Assembly: GCA_033442325.1 (NCBI GenBank)
Contig: JAWQFM010000007.1
Span: 706,719 to 770,718, forward strand
Length of the DNA: 64,000 nucleotides
Direction of reading: 5' to 3'
Source of the DNA: Salpingoeca rosetta
Lineage: Eukaryota > Protista > Choanoflagellata
The notes under the pieces were generated by a model that was not told the DNA's origin, did not search any database, and worked only from the letters and a program-made list of their open reading frames with translations. Below, piece by piece: positions 18,089-31,325 of the stretch. The stretch's first letter is position 1, and the number at the start of each line of letters is the position of its first letter. The translations under genes and the position numbers were made by a program.

Positions 18089-19535
18089 CATCTTTCACAT
18101 GCCATGCTCGTGTTGTGTTCGTGAGTGTTGCATCACACGGGAATCGTCAGGTCGAGGTTGGTGTCAACACCACTTGCCTCACCAAACACACACACACACA
18201 CCTGCTCTCCCTCTGCACACCGCCATCCACAGAAAACAAGTGACCCGCAACTGCACGAAGCTCCCGCGCCCGTTCCTCCACGAGTGTGTGCTGTTGGTTG
18301 TGCAGCGTCTCATTGGCAGCGGCAACGGTGGTGACATCCGTGGTGGTGATGATGGTGCCGGCGGTCGCGAGTGCTTGGACGGCACCTGGCGGCGTGGTGG
18401 TGAGTTGCACACACACACACACACACACACACACAATGTGTACATGAACGCTTTTCTGTGCTGTAACACCGCATGCGTGCGGCCATACGAGATCGTGCCA
18501 TACAACACATCCCTCGCACACATGTGCCACCAGTCGCTGATCGCAGTTCATCGTTTTCGTTTTGTTCTGTGTTTGAAAATGCCAGGCGAACTGCACCTGA
18601 AAGATGTTGCGTCATTGCTTGGGCGTGAACGCCTTAAGCGTCTCAAGTCCGAGTGCGGCGGTGTTAAGACCCTTCTCAAGAACCACCACCAAGTGTTCAT
18701 AGGTGTGTGTTCTTCAGCTCTGCTGCCAAAACCACGCGCCATCTCAAGCCGTTATGCTATACCTTGCAGCTGTGTTACGTCTTGCCTCCCCTTTGTGTCT
18801 TGCTCCTGTGTACCGCGATCCTACTTTGCCAACGCTCACTCACTCACTCACTCATCCCTCACGCTTTCACATCCGTTCATCATGCATGACGACGACGACG
18901 ACGACCACCACCACCACCACCACTTGCACCATCGTGCATCAGTGGTGGGTGGGACGGTGCGCATTCGAGATTGGACGGCCCCGGATGAGAAACCGCCGCG
19001 CGTCTGCAAAACCCGCATGTGCTGGTTCTTTGAACACCACCCAGGTGCACATAACACACGCGCACACGCACACATACATACATACATACATACATACATA
19101 CATACATACATACATACATACATACATACATGCATACATACATACATACATACATACATACATACATACACACACACATACATACATACACACATACACA
19201 CATACACACACACATACATACACACACATACATACATACACACATACACACATACATACATACATACATACATACATACATACATACATACATACATACA
19301 TACATACATACATACATACATACATACATGCATACATACATACACAAAGAGACACAATGCTCCCTTCCTCAACCCCGTTGCCCTGTTGCACATGTGTGCT
19401 TGCATGCGTTGTGGACTTTATGGTGCAGATGGCTGTCCCCGACCGGCGGAGAAATGCCCATTCAAGCACGGCGACACCGACACCAAAGACAACTACACCG
19501 CCACCCACGCCACCACCGCTGCCACTGCGCAATAG
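14587..19535 (+). CDS. TRMT44: tRNA (uracil-O(2)-)-methyltransferase Trm44 with C-terminal CCCH zinc finger
   Basis: Exons give WPESTDPQKFVFEELGIAAYL, FADLGCGNGLLTYVL..EGYKGIGIDLRRRRIW, WLIGNHSDELTPW, VLPCC, SQYDSYL, LRIPSTKRVCL, RNCTKLP, LKSECGGVKTLLKNHHQVF and KTRMCWFFEHHPDGCPRPAEKCPFKHG. Confidence 0.92.
19072..19342 (+). repeat. (TACA)n tetranucleotide microsatellite in a TRMT44 intron
   Basis: Visible tandem catacata array of about 270 bp. Confidence 0.95.
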
Positions 19536-19957
19536 CATCTGCTCTGTGGCTAGTGAGAATGGCGTGTTGGCGTGTTGGCGTGAACACACATTCAACACAC
19601 ATTAAACACACACACACACACATTGAATGTAATGTAACACGGAATGAAAGTAGAAGAAGCAACACCGGGAAACATACACGCCAAACGCAACAACAGCGCA
19701 ACAATCTCGGATCTATCACGGGCTTCACGTAAGTCAAGCAGGGAATACGCATAACACAGCAACAAGCACGAACTAAACCTACGTCGGTGAACATCTCTTG
19801 ATCACTCGACCTCTCAATCTTTCCACATGCGCGGTGCTAACACGACGAATATGGCAACGAACACGATCATGAGCCAGCAAGGCCTCAACCCTCTCCACCA
19901 AACACGCAGCCATCCACCCATCCACCCATCCAGCCATGCAGTCGTCTTCTGGCCACG

Positions 19958-22900
19958 CTATGACTCGGGATGCTCGGCGATGGACGGCAGTGCAGCTGGT
20001 GCTGTTGCTGTGGCCATTGTTGGCGGGGGCGAAAACGTTGCCCAGTCGCTGCCATCACCGCCACCATCGCCACTTCCATCGTCACCAAAGGGGTTGATGG
20101 TCAGCTGTTCCGCAACCGTAGCGCTGATGGCGGCGCCGTTCCCCTTCTCGTCGTGCACGCCCCTCGTACCATCACCATCACTGTGACCATCACCGTCACC
20201 ATTGTCGACGACAGTGGCAAGAGCACCATTGGCTTGGCTCGCGAGCTGCAACACAGGTCCGTGGTTTTCCGCCATGACAGGGGCGGCGTCCACGTTCACG
20301 TCATCACCGACACCATCGGCCGCATCATGCGCTGTCGTGGCGTCTCTTGCATCGCTGTGACCATCAGACACATCGTCGCACGCCTGTTCGTCATCCACGC
20401 GCTGCTGAGCTGCAGGCAGTGCCGTCACATCAACGACATCCCCGTCATCGTCGTCATCGTCTTCGCCACCATCAACAACGTTGTTGTCAGTCGCAGACTC
20501 GTGAGTGCCATCATCACCAGCAACAACATCAGTATCATCAACACCAACAGCACCAGCGACGTCACCATCGCCAGCATCCACACAGTCCTCTGGTACTTCC
20601 TCTGGTACTTCCTCTGGTACTTCCTCTGGTACTTCCTCTGGTACTTGCTCTGGTGCTTCCTCGGCTTCCTCTCTTTCTTCTACATTCCTTACCACCTCGT
20701 CGCCACCATCACCATCACCATCACCATCACCATCGCCATCACCATCACCATCACCATCACCATCACCATCACCATCACCATCACCATCACCATCGCCATT
20801 CAGCAGCTGCTGCTCTACCTCCGCCTTTGTGTCGCCTGCACCGCTGCTCATCTCGGCAAACGGGTTCCACGCCGTCGTGCTGCCCGCATATCCGCTGCTG
20901 CCGCTGCTGCTGCTGATGGGCCGCGTGTGCGCACGCACGGCGCTCGTTGCCAGCGTCACCGCCCGCTGACGCAGCATGGGCGGGTGCATGACCACCACTT
21001 TTGCTCGCGCCTCCTGCAATGCGAGGCGAACCAGTGCTGCCTGTGCCGCAATGTCCTCCGCGTCGTAAGCACTGCTGCCATCGTCGTCGCCGTCATGCTC
21101 GTCGTCACTGGCGTCACTCCCTTCAGGCGTCTCCAGCAGCAGGCTCTTGCGCTGCGGCTCTTCTTGATGCTGCTGCTGCTGCTGCTGCTGTTGTTGTTGT
21201 TGGTTCTCCACGCCTTGCTTCTCACGCTGGTCGTGCGGCTGGGATTCTTGTTGTGGTTCCTGTTGTTGCTGTTGTTGTGTCAACGCTCCTTCACAAGTGG
21301 CGGCGGGTTCCTCTGTGCCTCCGTCTGCGGCCATGTCATCCTCACGCGCAGCCATGCCATCAGCGTCTGCGCTTTCCGCCTCCTTCTCCTTCTCCTGCTT
21401 ATCCGTCTCGTTGTACTCGCAGTCCGCGCCCTCATCGTCATCACCGTCACGGACACCATCGTCTCTCCCTTCATCGTCACCATCAGCCGTGCCATTCCCC
21501 TCTCCTTTCTCCTCTTCTCCCTCTTGTTCTTCGCCTTCCTCTTCCTCTTCCTCTTCCTCTTCCTCCTGCTCCTCGGCAACCCCTGCAAGCCGCGCATCTG
21601 CCTCCTTGGCGCCACCATCACCATCGCCATCGCCATCGCCATCGCCATGTGCATCGCCACCAAACGCGTCACCTTCGCTGCCATACGTGGTGCTACTGAT
21701 CATGCTGTCGGGCCGGTCAACACGGTCGTCAAACACTGCAATGGAGCGCCGCCACGCCCGCGACTTGCGCTTGTCGCACACCTCCTGCCAGGGGATGCGC
21801 TGCAGGTACACAAACTTCACCAAGCCCGTGTTGCCCTTGTACTCGCACCGCCAGTAGGGCTCGCACCGCTCCACAACCGTCACCACCTCGTTCAAGGGCA
21901 CGTGCAGCACGTCTTTGTCATACATGCTGGCGGACCAAGCCGTGACGACGCGGGCAGGGAAGGGCGGGTCGAGGTCTGCTGCCTCGCTCTCCGCAACACC
22001 AACGGCTTCATGCTCCACGTTTGTGACGGCCTGGATGGCGGCATCAAACGTCAGGTTGCCCTCGTGCAAGCGCGTGATCACGGCCAGCAGCTCCGGATGG
22101 TTCACGCGCACGTCGGTGCTCTTGCGCAATCGCATCAGCACGTGCGCCATGGCGGCGTCCAATTTCTCCTGCGAGATGACGACGGGCTCGCTCGCCATGC
22201 TGCTGCGCCCGCTGGCGACTTGCGACGCAGGCGTGGTCTTGCTGGCGCTATTGCCGCTGCTGTTGCTGCTGGTCGGCGCTGGGGTGTGAGCACCGCTGCT
22301 GTCGTCGGCAGCGCCATCAATGCGCCCGTTCGCATCGCCATCCACACCGCCGCTGCTGTCGCCACCGCCGCCGTCACCGCCACCAACACCATCGCTGTTT
22401 ATTGGTCCGTTGCCGACACCGCCCTCGCTGCTGTTGGTGCGGGGCACGAGCGACTGGCGCGGTGACCGCGCTGGGGACGACGCAATGGAGCAGCGTGAGC
22501 TGTTGCCAGTGGCGGTTGGATATGGGGTTGCCAGTGCGTTGACGCTGCTGTTGCTGCTCGCTTTGCTCATGCTCAGACGTCGCTTCTCGTGCACATTGGC
22601 CTGCGCGAGCCAAGGGGGGATCGTGATGGAGGTGGCGATGAGTGAGTATGTTTCATGGAAAGCGATTGAGAAAGAGAGAGAGTGTGTGTGGGTGGGTGAG
22701 TGGGTGAGTGGGTGAGTGGGTGGTTAGATTTGCATGTCAGTGAGTGAAATTGACATGAACACAAAGGTGGATGGACAAGGATGAATCTTGTGCTCAGAGG
22801 TGACAGCGCAAGCAGGTTCTTACACGCGCACACACGCAGACACACACACACACACACGCACGCACGCACACACAAACACACACACACACACAAACACACA

Positions 22901-23152
22901 CGAAAGCACACACGAACGCACAGGCACAGGCAGGGCACTGTACCTCAAGCTCTGTGGCAAGCATGGCAAACGCCTCCTCATCCACGCCATTGCTATCGCA
23001 TTGGACAAGACGCAGCACGCGCAGGGATGAGCGGCTTGGCACCAGAGCGATCAAGGTGACACCACATCACAAGCACGGGGACGCAACCGCCAATACAAAC
23101 CACGCGCAGGGCACACACACGCGCGCGCGCACTCACTTGCCCCTTCCTCTCA

Positions 23153-23235
<83 letters not shown>

Positions 23236-24296
23236 ACAAATAAACAAACAAGTGCACACCTGTACGTGGAGACGGCGCGAGAGGGTGTGGATGTGGACAG
23301 CGGCGATGACGCGCGAGCAGGGCGTGACTTGCGAGACTGGCGCGACTGGCGCCGCCTTGGTCGCTGCTGCTCTTGCTGGGACAGCTGTTGCTCCTGCTCC
23401 ATGACGTGTGCGTGTGCGTCTGCGACCGTCATGACACCCTCCCTCACCAGCTCCATCACCTCCAGCCGCTGTTCCTCCGTCATGCGCATGTCGCTCGCAC
23501 GCAGCCCGCCCGGCGCTGATGGCGACCGGTGCAGCGGCGCGTGCACACCCGGCGCGGCCATCGTTTCGCTGCGGTGACGAACGGCATGCTGGTGCTGAGT
23601 TGCGTCTTGCAGTCGCCCCTTGTCGCCGCTGGTGCGAGGTGTGCGCGGGGCAGACCGCGATCCCGCGCCCAAGCTGCTGCTGCTGGTCATGATGCTGCTG
23701 TTGTTGGTGCTGGCGCTGTTGGTAGTGCTGCCACCCGAGCTTCGCCGGATGGAGAAGGAGGTGGAACGGATGGACAGGTTGCGCTTGAAGAAAGAGCCGA
23801 GCCGCTTCCGGTCGTCGTTCCCTGCGCAGTGGTCCCGGGGTTGGGGCGAGATGGGTGGTGACGGTGTGTGAGCATGGGCATGTTGAATAGTGGTGGGCAA
23901 TAGGCAGGCTCCCGCACGACCACAGGCGCATGGAGACGAAGAAAAAGAGAGAGAGAGAGAGAGCGCGCGCGAGAACGAGAACGAGAACGAGAGAGAGAAC
24001 AAACAGCACTCCACAGTCACAGTGTATATGGTGTCACACACACAGTCACAAACACGCAGTCAGGCACACAATCACACACACTATCAAGCGCGCGCACGCA
24101 CACACACACACACACACACACTATCAAGCGCGCACGCACACACACGCACACAATCAAGCGCGCACAACAAAGTACACGCAGTCCCTCTGCCACAAACAAG
24201 TACACGGACACACGCACACACGCACACTATCCATGCCAACTCTGTTCATGAGCACCACCACCATCAGCCGTGCTTCTCACCTTTGGGGCTTGACAT
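19958..24296 (-). CDS. SASH1/SLy-like SH3-domain adaptor with long acidic low-complexity C-terminus (4 exons)
   Basis: Exons 24296-24281 (MSSPK), 23821-23260, ~23035-22944 and ~22600-19958 splice in phase. The SH3 at ~21790-21965 reads PFPARVVTAWSASMYDKDVL...YWRCEYKGNTGLVKFVYL. There are two copies of a SASH1-like helical motif (EEQRLEVMELVREGVMTVADAHA; ELLAVITRLHEGNLTFDAAIQ). Confidence 0.72.
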
Positions 24297-25431
24297 GTTT
24301 GGATGGCTGCTGGATCAACACTCAAGAATCAATGGAAGACGAGCGTTGTTGTCACGCGCGGAATGGCGCTCTGGCAAAGGGGATGGCTTGCTTCCTGAGA
24401 ATGGAATAAATGACACAAACGTGTGTGTCAATGTGACACCAACTATGAGCAGGAGCTGGGAAAGCACAGTAACATGTGGCGGCGGACGATCCTTTTGTTC
24501 AGCAATGGTGTGAATGGATTGTGTTGCTTGCTTGCTTGACAGATGGTATCAAGAAGCAAGAGGGATGTTGTAGAACTGTTACAAGTCACAATTTTCTCTT
24601 GGACCTCTTGCTGCAGCTGCAGGTGCTGCTGCTACACACCCGGTCGCACGCATCAACACAACCCACCCAAAACGCGACGAAAGATGTTGCTGTCCTGCTT
24701 GTGCCGTGGGCTGACGCTCGAGCCTTTGCTGATTTCCACAAGGTAGACGCACAATCGAGAAGAGACTCAAGCGATGGGTGCGTGCCCCCTATTCGTTTCG
24801 ACCATGGGATGCACAACACCAACTCCCACGCAGCACGCGCTCGTGTGCAAGCGGATGTTGCTCGTTCCTTATCAAAGCGCACCTGCTGCTTGGGAAGGCG
24901 GTGATGTGATTGTGACACCTCTCGTGTTGCTTGTGCTTCTGTTGGTGGTGGGCAAGGGTTTGTTGGTTTTGTTGATGGCGGCGCTTGCTTTTGGGGGGGG
25001 GGGGATTTGTTTGTAGAAAATTGTTAGTTGTTTTGACCAATTATCCAAGGTTTGTTGCGGCCGCAAAAAGAGAAGGAAGAAAAGAAAGCGAGGAAGAAGA
25101 ATGATGACGAGTGCTGTCACAGTGTGCGTTGTTGCTGTGCGTTGTCGTCGTGGGTGGTGGTGGATGTATGTGGATGTGCTTCCCTGCGTCATCCACGAAG
25201 AGCGAGCACTTTTACCTCCGATGACTGCTGGCATGACTGTATCCTCTCTCGCATTTCGGTTCAAGACAGAAACGCGCACACGCAACTCACCTTGTTGCTC
25301 CTCCTCTGTTTTTTTCCGCACACATTCGTATTGTCACGGGCAGCCGCAACCCAAACAGCGCTTGACCACTGTCGACGACGTCGCACCTTTCAAGGAGAAG
25401 AGCAACAACAACAACAACAACAACAACAAAG

Positions 25432-25829
25432 ATGGCTCTGCGAATGGCACTTCGGGCTGCACAGCGTGGTGTGCGCGGCGTTGCCCGCCCCATGGCAGCC
25501 ACAACGCTCAAGCAGCAGGCAGCTGCTCCGCTTGCGGTGCAGGCAGCCAAGCTGCACGCAGCCTCTGCAGTGCACACGCCCATGGTCACCAAGCCCGCCC
25601 CTGTCTTCACGGGCCCCGCCCTTGTCAACGGCACTGAGTTCAAGGACATCTCCCTCACCGACTACAAGGGCAAGGTGTGTTGGTTGTAAGTGTTTGGGGG
25701 ATGCTTTGGTGTGCGTTATGATGCACATGTTTGCGTTGGTGTGTGTGTGTGTGTGTGCGTACGTGTGCGTGTGTGCGTGCGTGTGCGTGCGCGCGTGTGT
25801 GTGCGTTTGTTTGTGCGTTTGTTTGTTTG

Positions 25830-25862
<33 letters not shown>

Positions 25863-27124
25863 TTTGTTTGTTTGTTTTGTGACGCGTTCTGTTCATCTTC
25901 TGGGTAAACACACGTGCCAACACTGCCGGGTTCTGTCGTTGTGCTCACGCGTCTCTTTGATTTGATCTGCTTGATTGTATTCACAGTACGTTGTCCTCGT
26001 CTTCTATCCCCTTGACTGGACGGTATGTGCGACTCGCGCCCGATTGTTGTGCTGTGGTTCCATCAGCCAACCCGCTTCGATGCCAACGTTCAAACGCCAT
26101 GTGTACTCTCGCACACTCACTCTCTCACACTCATTCACTCACTCACTCACTCACTCACTCACTCACTCACTCACTCACTCACTCACTCACTCACTCACTC
26201 ACTCACTCACTCACTCACTCACTCACTCACACACACACACTCACTCACTCACTCGCTCACTCACTCACTCACTCACTCACTCACTCACTCACTCACTCAC
26301 TCACACACACACACACACACACTCTCTCTCTATCTCTCTATCTCTCTCTCACTCACTCACTCACACGAATGACACGGCACGCCCACATTCTCTTGTCAAT
26401 CGTGCAGTTTGTGTGCCCAACGGAGATTCTGGCATTCAACGATCGTGCAGAGGAGTTCCAGAAGCTTGGCTGTGAAGTGATTGTCGCCTCCACAGACAGC
26501 CACTTCTCCCACCACGCCTGGGCCAACACCCCGCGCTCAGAGGGTATGCACGCAATCCCTGTTTTCTCCCTCGCAGCACAACTGTCAACGATGAGCAACT
26601 TGTTCGAGGAACCGCAAACACCACCCATCATGTGATCTCACACTCACACGCACACAACTCGTACACACGCACACAACTCGTACACACGCACACAACTCGT
26701 ACACATGCACGCACATGCACACACAACCACACATGCACGCACATGCACGCACGCTCACCCACATGTACAACCACACGTTCATACACACACATGGCCACCG
26801 CCAGGCGGGCTCGCGCCCATGAAGATCCCAATGCTTGCTGACCTGACGCACCAGATCAGCAAAGACTACGGCGTGTATGTCGACTCTGACGGCTTTGACC
26901 TCCGCGGGCTGTTCATCATCGATGGTAACGGCATCCTGCGCCACATCACCGTCAACGACCGCCCCGTCGGCCGCTCTGTTGACGAGACGCTGCGCCTGGT
27001 GGAGGCCTTCCAGTTCACGGACAAGCACGGCGAGGTGTGCCCTGCCGGCTGGACCCCTGGCGGTGACACCATCAAGCCCGACGTCGAGGAGAAGAAGGAG
27101 TACTTCTCCAAGCACAGCAACTGA
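25432..27124 (+). CDS. Typical 2-Cys peroxiredoxin with mitochondrial-type presequence (PRDX3-like)
   Basis: Arg/Ala-rich N-terminal presequence, then [28 protein letters not shown]|[12 protein letters not shown]|[10 protein letters not shown] and LRGLFIID...[28 protein letters not shown], with both the peroxidatic and resolving VCP motifs. Confidence 0.95.
26130..26365 (+). repeat. (CACT)n microsatellite in a peroxiredoxin intron
   Basis: Visible tandem cactcact array. Confidence 0.9.
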
Positions 27125-27764
27125 GCAGCCGCGCCGCGACTGGGCAGCGGTGTGGTGTGGCGTGACTGAGCGAAGTGTATCACGCGCCATCATGTGATGT
27201 GATGTCACGCTGCCTCACCCTCCTCTGATCGCCTTTCGTTTGCCATCGCCACAGCCGCTTTGTGCTGTTGCTGATCTGTTTGTTTCGTATCACCGTCTCC
27301 AGTCCCCCTCCCCCCTCCTCTCCGAGCACGCTGCATTCAACTTCCCCTATCCCCTTCTCACTGTGCGCTGCTTGCGTGCGTTGCATGCACGGTTGCGGTT
27401 GTGCTGGTTGGTTGTACTGGCACCAACGAATGAATGGGAAAGCCTACACTGTGAACGCAAACAAAACACAACACGTAATTTCAAGCAAGCACACACACGC
27501 GCGCGCGCACAGAGATGTGCCGTGACGAAAGAAAGGAAAGACAAGTGAAGAGTGCACAACCCTTCCACAAGACAACACCCACGAAGCCACGACGTAACAT
27601 GGGGGGGGGTTGCAGAGGCACAAGCGTACACACACATCCACACAGAGAGAGAGAGAGAGCACAAGCGTACACACACACACACAACACGACACGACACAAG
27701 CAACGCAAAACTACACACGCGTCAGTGCGTGTGTGTGTTTACGAAACGAGATGACGTGTGGATG

Positions 27765-27896
27765 CTACCAGAGGAGGGTGGCGACGTTGTCGTCCATGCT
27801 CGAGAACGACGCGCGGGGATCATCCTCTGCCGGGCGAATGTTCATGACGGGCGCGGCCGGCGCTCGCTGTGTCCCGTCGTGTATGTGTGCGTGTAT

Positions 27897-27992
<96 letters not shown>

Positions 27993-28374
27993 GTGCATGT
28001 GTGTGTATGTGTGTGTATTGTGTGTATGTGTGTGTATGTGTGTGTATTGTGTGTATGTGTGTGTTTGGATGAGCTGAATGCATGTTGTGGTTGTGTAAAG
28101 TTGTGGCGGCAACGTTACAGTTAGCCTAGGGCAACCAGCGTACCTGTACGTGCCGAGACTGCACCTGATAGTGTACAGGGAGCGAGAGCGACGCATGCTC
28201 GACTTCGTCCTCTTCATCTGAGCTCTCGTAGCTGTCACACGCAAAGGCCTCAACGCGTGAGCAACAACTGAACAACTACCAAAACATGCTACACAAACAC
28301 GCGCGCGCACAAGCACGCACTCACACACGCGCACGCACACGCACGCGCGCAAAGTTGGCATTGTGGACCGCTAC

Positions 28375-28454
<80 letters not shown>

Positions 28455-29252
28455 ACCTGTCGTAAGAGTCGGCTGGGATCTCCTTCATCTTGGTCAGGCC
28501 CTCGCCCTGAGCATCAGACCAGCTGATGCGACGCGTGTTCTGCGCACACGCACATACAAGAAGTGTGTTTTGTTTGGTGTTGTCAACATCAAAAAGAGCT
28601 GCAGTTGAGGAGCCACAACAACAACAAAACACACACGCACACAACACAGCACAGCAAACAGCACAGCAAACAGCACAAAACAGCACAACACAGCACACAC
28701 CAAGCAACACCATGTCGGCAGCACCATCATCACCTTTGCGCTGTTTGGGGGCTTGAGGATGCCGCGGGCAGGCTTCGCAAGCACCTGCTCCATCTCCCGA
28801 CGGAGCTCCAGAAGTTTTTCCTCCTTCCGAGCGCGGCGGGCGGACTTTGCGTCCTCCTGCTTCCTTCGCCGCGCCGCCGCCGCCTCCTCCTGCGCCCTGC
28901 GCTCGCTCAGCTGCTTGAGCTGGTTCTGCCGCAACTCGTCCTGCCAGCTCAGCCGCGCGCGTCGGTCCCCGCCAGCGTTAGCGTCAGCATCGGCGCCAAC
29001 ACCTCCGTTGGACGATGCTGTTGCTGTTGCTGTTGCTGACGACGATGACGATGATGATGACGGCAGTGGCGCCAACGTGTCCGAGGAGGATGATTCGACC
29101 GCGCCCCCAAGCGACATCTTGGCAGTTGGCGGCGCTGTCGATGGCGGCGGTGCACTGCCATTCGCGCCCGTTGCAGATGGAGCTGACGACGCTGCCGTTG
29201 CTGATGGTGTGGCTGTGCCGTCCCCGACCACCGCACCACCACCGTTGGCCTG

Positions 29253-29297
<45 letters not shown>

Positions 29298-30545
29298 GGC
29301 ACGCTGTTCGCGTCGCCGCTTTTGAGCGCGGATTTTCGCTCGGATCTTCACGCGCTCAGCCTTGGGCAGCATCGACAGGTCGTACTTGCTGTAGTCCTCC
29401 TCGTCCTCTTCCTCCTCTTCCTCTGGTTGCTGTTGCTGCTGCTGCTGCTGTGGCGGCTGCTCCTTGTCCTTCTTCTCCTCCTCATCGCTTCTTTGTTGCA
29501 TGTGGTAGTGTGCGTGGGGGCGATCTGTTGCCAGCGGAATTGGTGTCGGCCGACTCGGAGCCACTTCCTCTTTCGTTTCCTTCTGGATACCAGTCTCAAC
29601 CTTCACTGTCTCCTTCACTGTCTCCTTCACTGGCTCCTTCACTGGCTCTGTCTCCGCTGTTTGCGTCCTCACTTGCCCCATCTTCACCTCTCGCTCCTCC
29701 TGCTGTTGCTTCGTTGTGCCGTCAAATTCAAACGTGCGCGCCGTGCGCTCTGGACTCTCAAACCCGCGAATTTCTTCTGCCTCTGCGCCCGTCTCAGTCT
29801 TCGCCGCAGTGGTGGTGGTGGCGGCCGCGGTGGTATCAATTGACGTCGGTGTCGCTGCTTCTGCCGGCCTGGAAGTACTCACGTCCTCCACACGCTTCTG
29901 CTCCTCCTGTCGTTGTTGTTGTTGCTGTTGCTGCTGCTGCTTCTCCTCCTCCTCCTCCTCCTCCCCATTCTTCTTCTTCTTCTGCTCCCTCTGTTGCTTA
30001 TCTGCCTCCGTTGCGTCGCTGCCACTACTCGCCCTGCGAAGCGCCGCCCATGCCGGTGCTGCTAACGACGACGATGCCGATGTCGTCGTTGATGATGGTG
30101 CATCCGTCTTCGCCTCAAACAGCGCCGCCTTTGCAAAGATCCCGCCCTTACGACCCGCACTCGGCGACGACGCTGCTGCTGTTGCTGCTGTTGCCGCTGT
30201 TGTTGTTGGTGGTGCGGTAGTGGTTGCAGCTGGCTGTGCTGTTGTTGCTGTTGTTGCTGCTGTTGCTGTTGGTGGTGTGGTAGTGGTTGTAGCTGGCTGT
30301 GCTGTTGTTGCTGTTGTTGCTGTTGTTGCAGCGACTGATGGTGTCGTTGTTGCTGTGGTGGCTGGTTTTGTCTCTGGGACCGCTGTTGTCGCCCTCACGT
30401 GCGCCACCGCCTTGGCTTCCCTCGCCGCTGCCGGGGGCGTCTGTGCATCTTTTGCCTGCACCTGCTGGCTAAACATCTTCAGCCGGTCGGCAACAGACTT
30501 GATGCGCGGTGTCTCGTTCGACACAGTCGTCGATGCCGCTGACGT

Positions 30546-30580
<35 letters not shown>

Positions 30581-30781
30581 GTGTTGCTGGTGTGGAACTA
30601 CGCTGGTCTGTTGCTGTGGCAGTGCTTGTTGGTGTCGACGCAGGCTGCGGCTTGCTGTCTGCCGTTGCCGTTGCTGCTGCGGTCTTGGCTGTCGGTGTTG
30701 CTGTTGCCTCTGCTGATGCATCCATGGACCCGCGCCACCGCTGCAAGACGGACTTGGCACCTGCTGACACAAGTCCGCACG

Positions 30782-30853
<72 letters not shown>

Positions 30854-31235
30854 NNNNNNNNNNNNNNNNNNNNNNNNNNNNNNNNNNNNNNNNNNNNNNN
30901 NNNNNNNNNNNNNNNNNNNNNNNNNNNNNNNNNNNNNNNNNNNNNNNNNNNNNATCCTCATTATCGTTCGACGCTACATCATGTAGACATTGGATCCATT
31001 CACTCGACTAAGAATAGTGGCTGATATTTTTAATCTGCTCTTGTTCCATTTGTTATGATTGGGGGGGGGGTGTAGAGTCGCCTCGCTCATCCAGCGCCTC
31101 CTTCTGCGCCCAGCATCGCACATCTGACTTGCTCTTCGGTCTCTCTGCTTCTAGGTCTGCCCGCGCCCACCCCCAGCACACATTGTTTGTGTGTGTGTCT
31201 GCGCGCATCTGGCTGTTAGTGGGCAAGAATTTCCG

Positions 31236-31325
<90 letters not shown>

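Noticed and set aside
20587-20650. 12-bp tandem repeats (also the 30-bp repeats at 44340-44530) as CRISPR-like arrays
   Set aside because: There are no unique spacers; these are coding VPEE and MMPTTTTTTT repeats in a eukaryotic genome.
28110-28300. Non-repetitive stretch initially suspected to be an insertion
   Set aside because: It contains an in-phase exon (SYESSDEEDEVEHASLSLPVHYQ) of the taperin-like gene.
30954-31075. AT-rich atypical sequence after the N-gap, truncating an exon of the taperin-like gene
   Set aside because: It is adjacent to a gap and is probably a low-quality read end.
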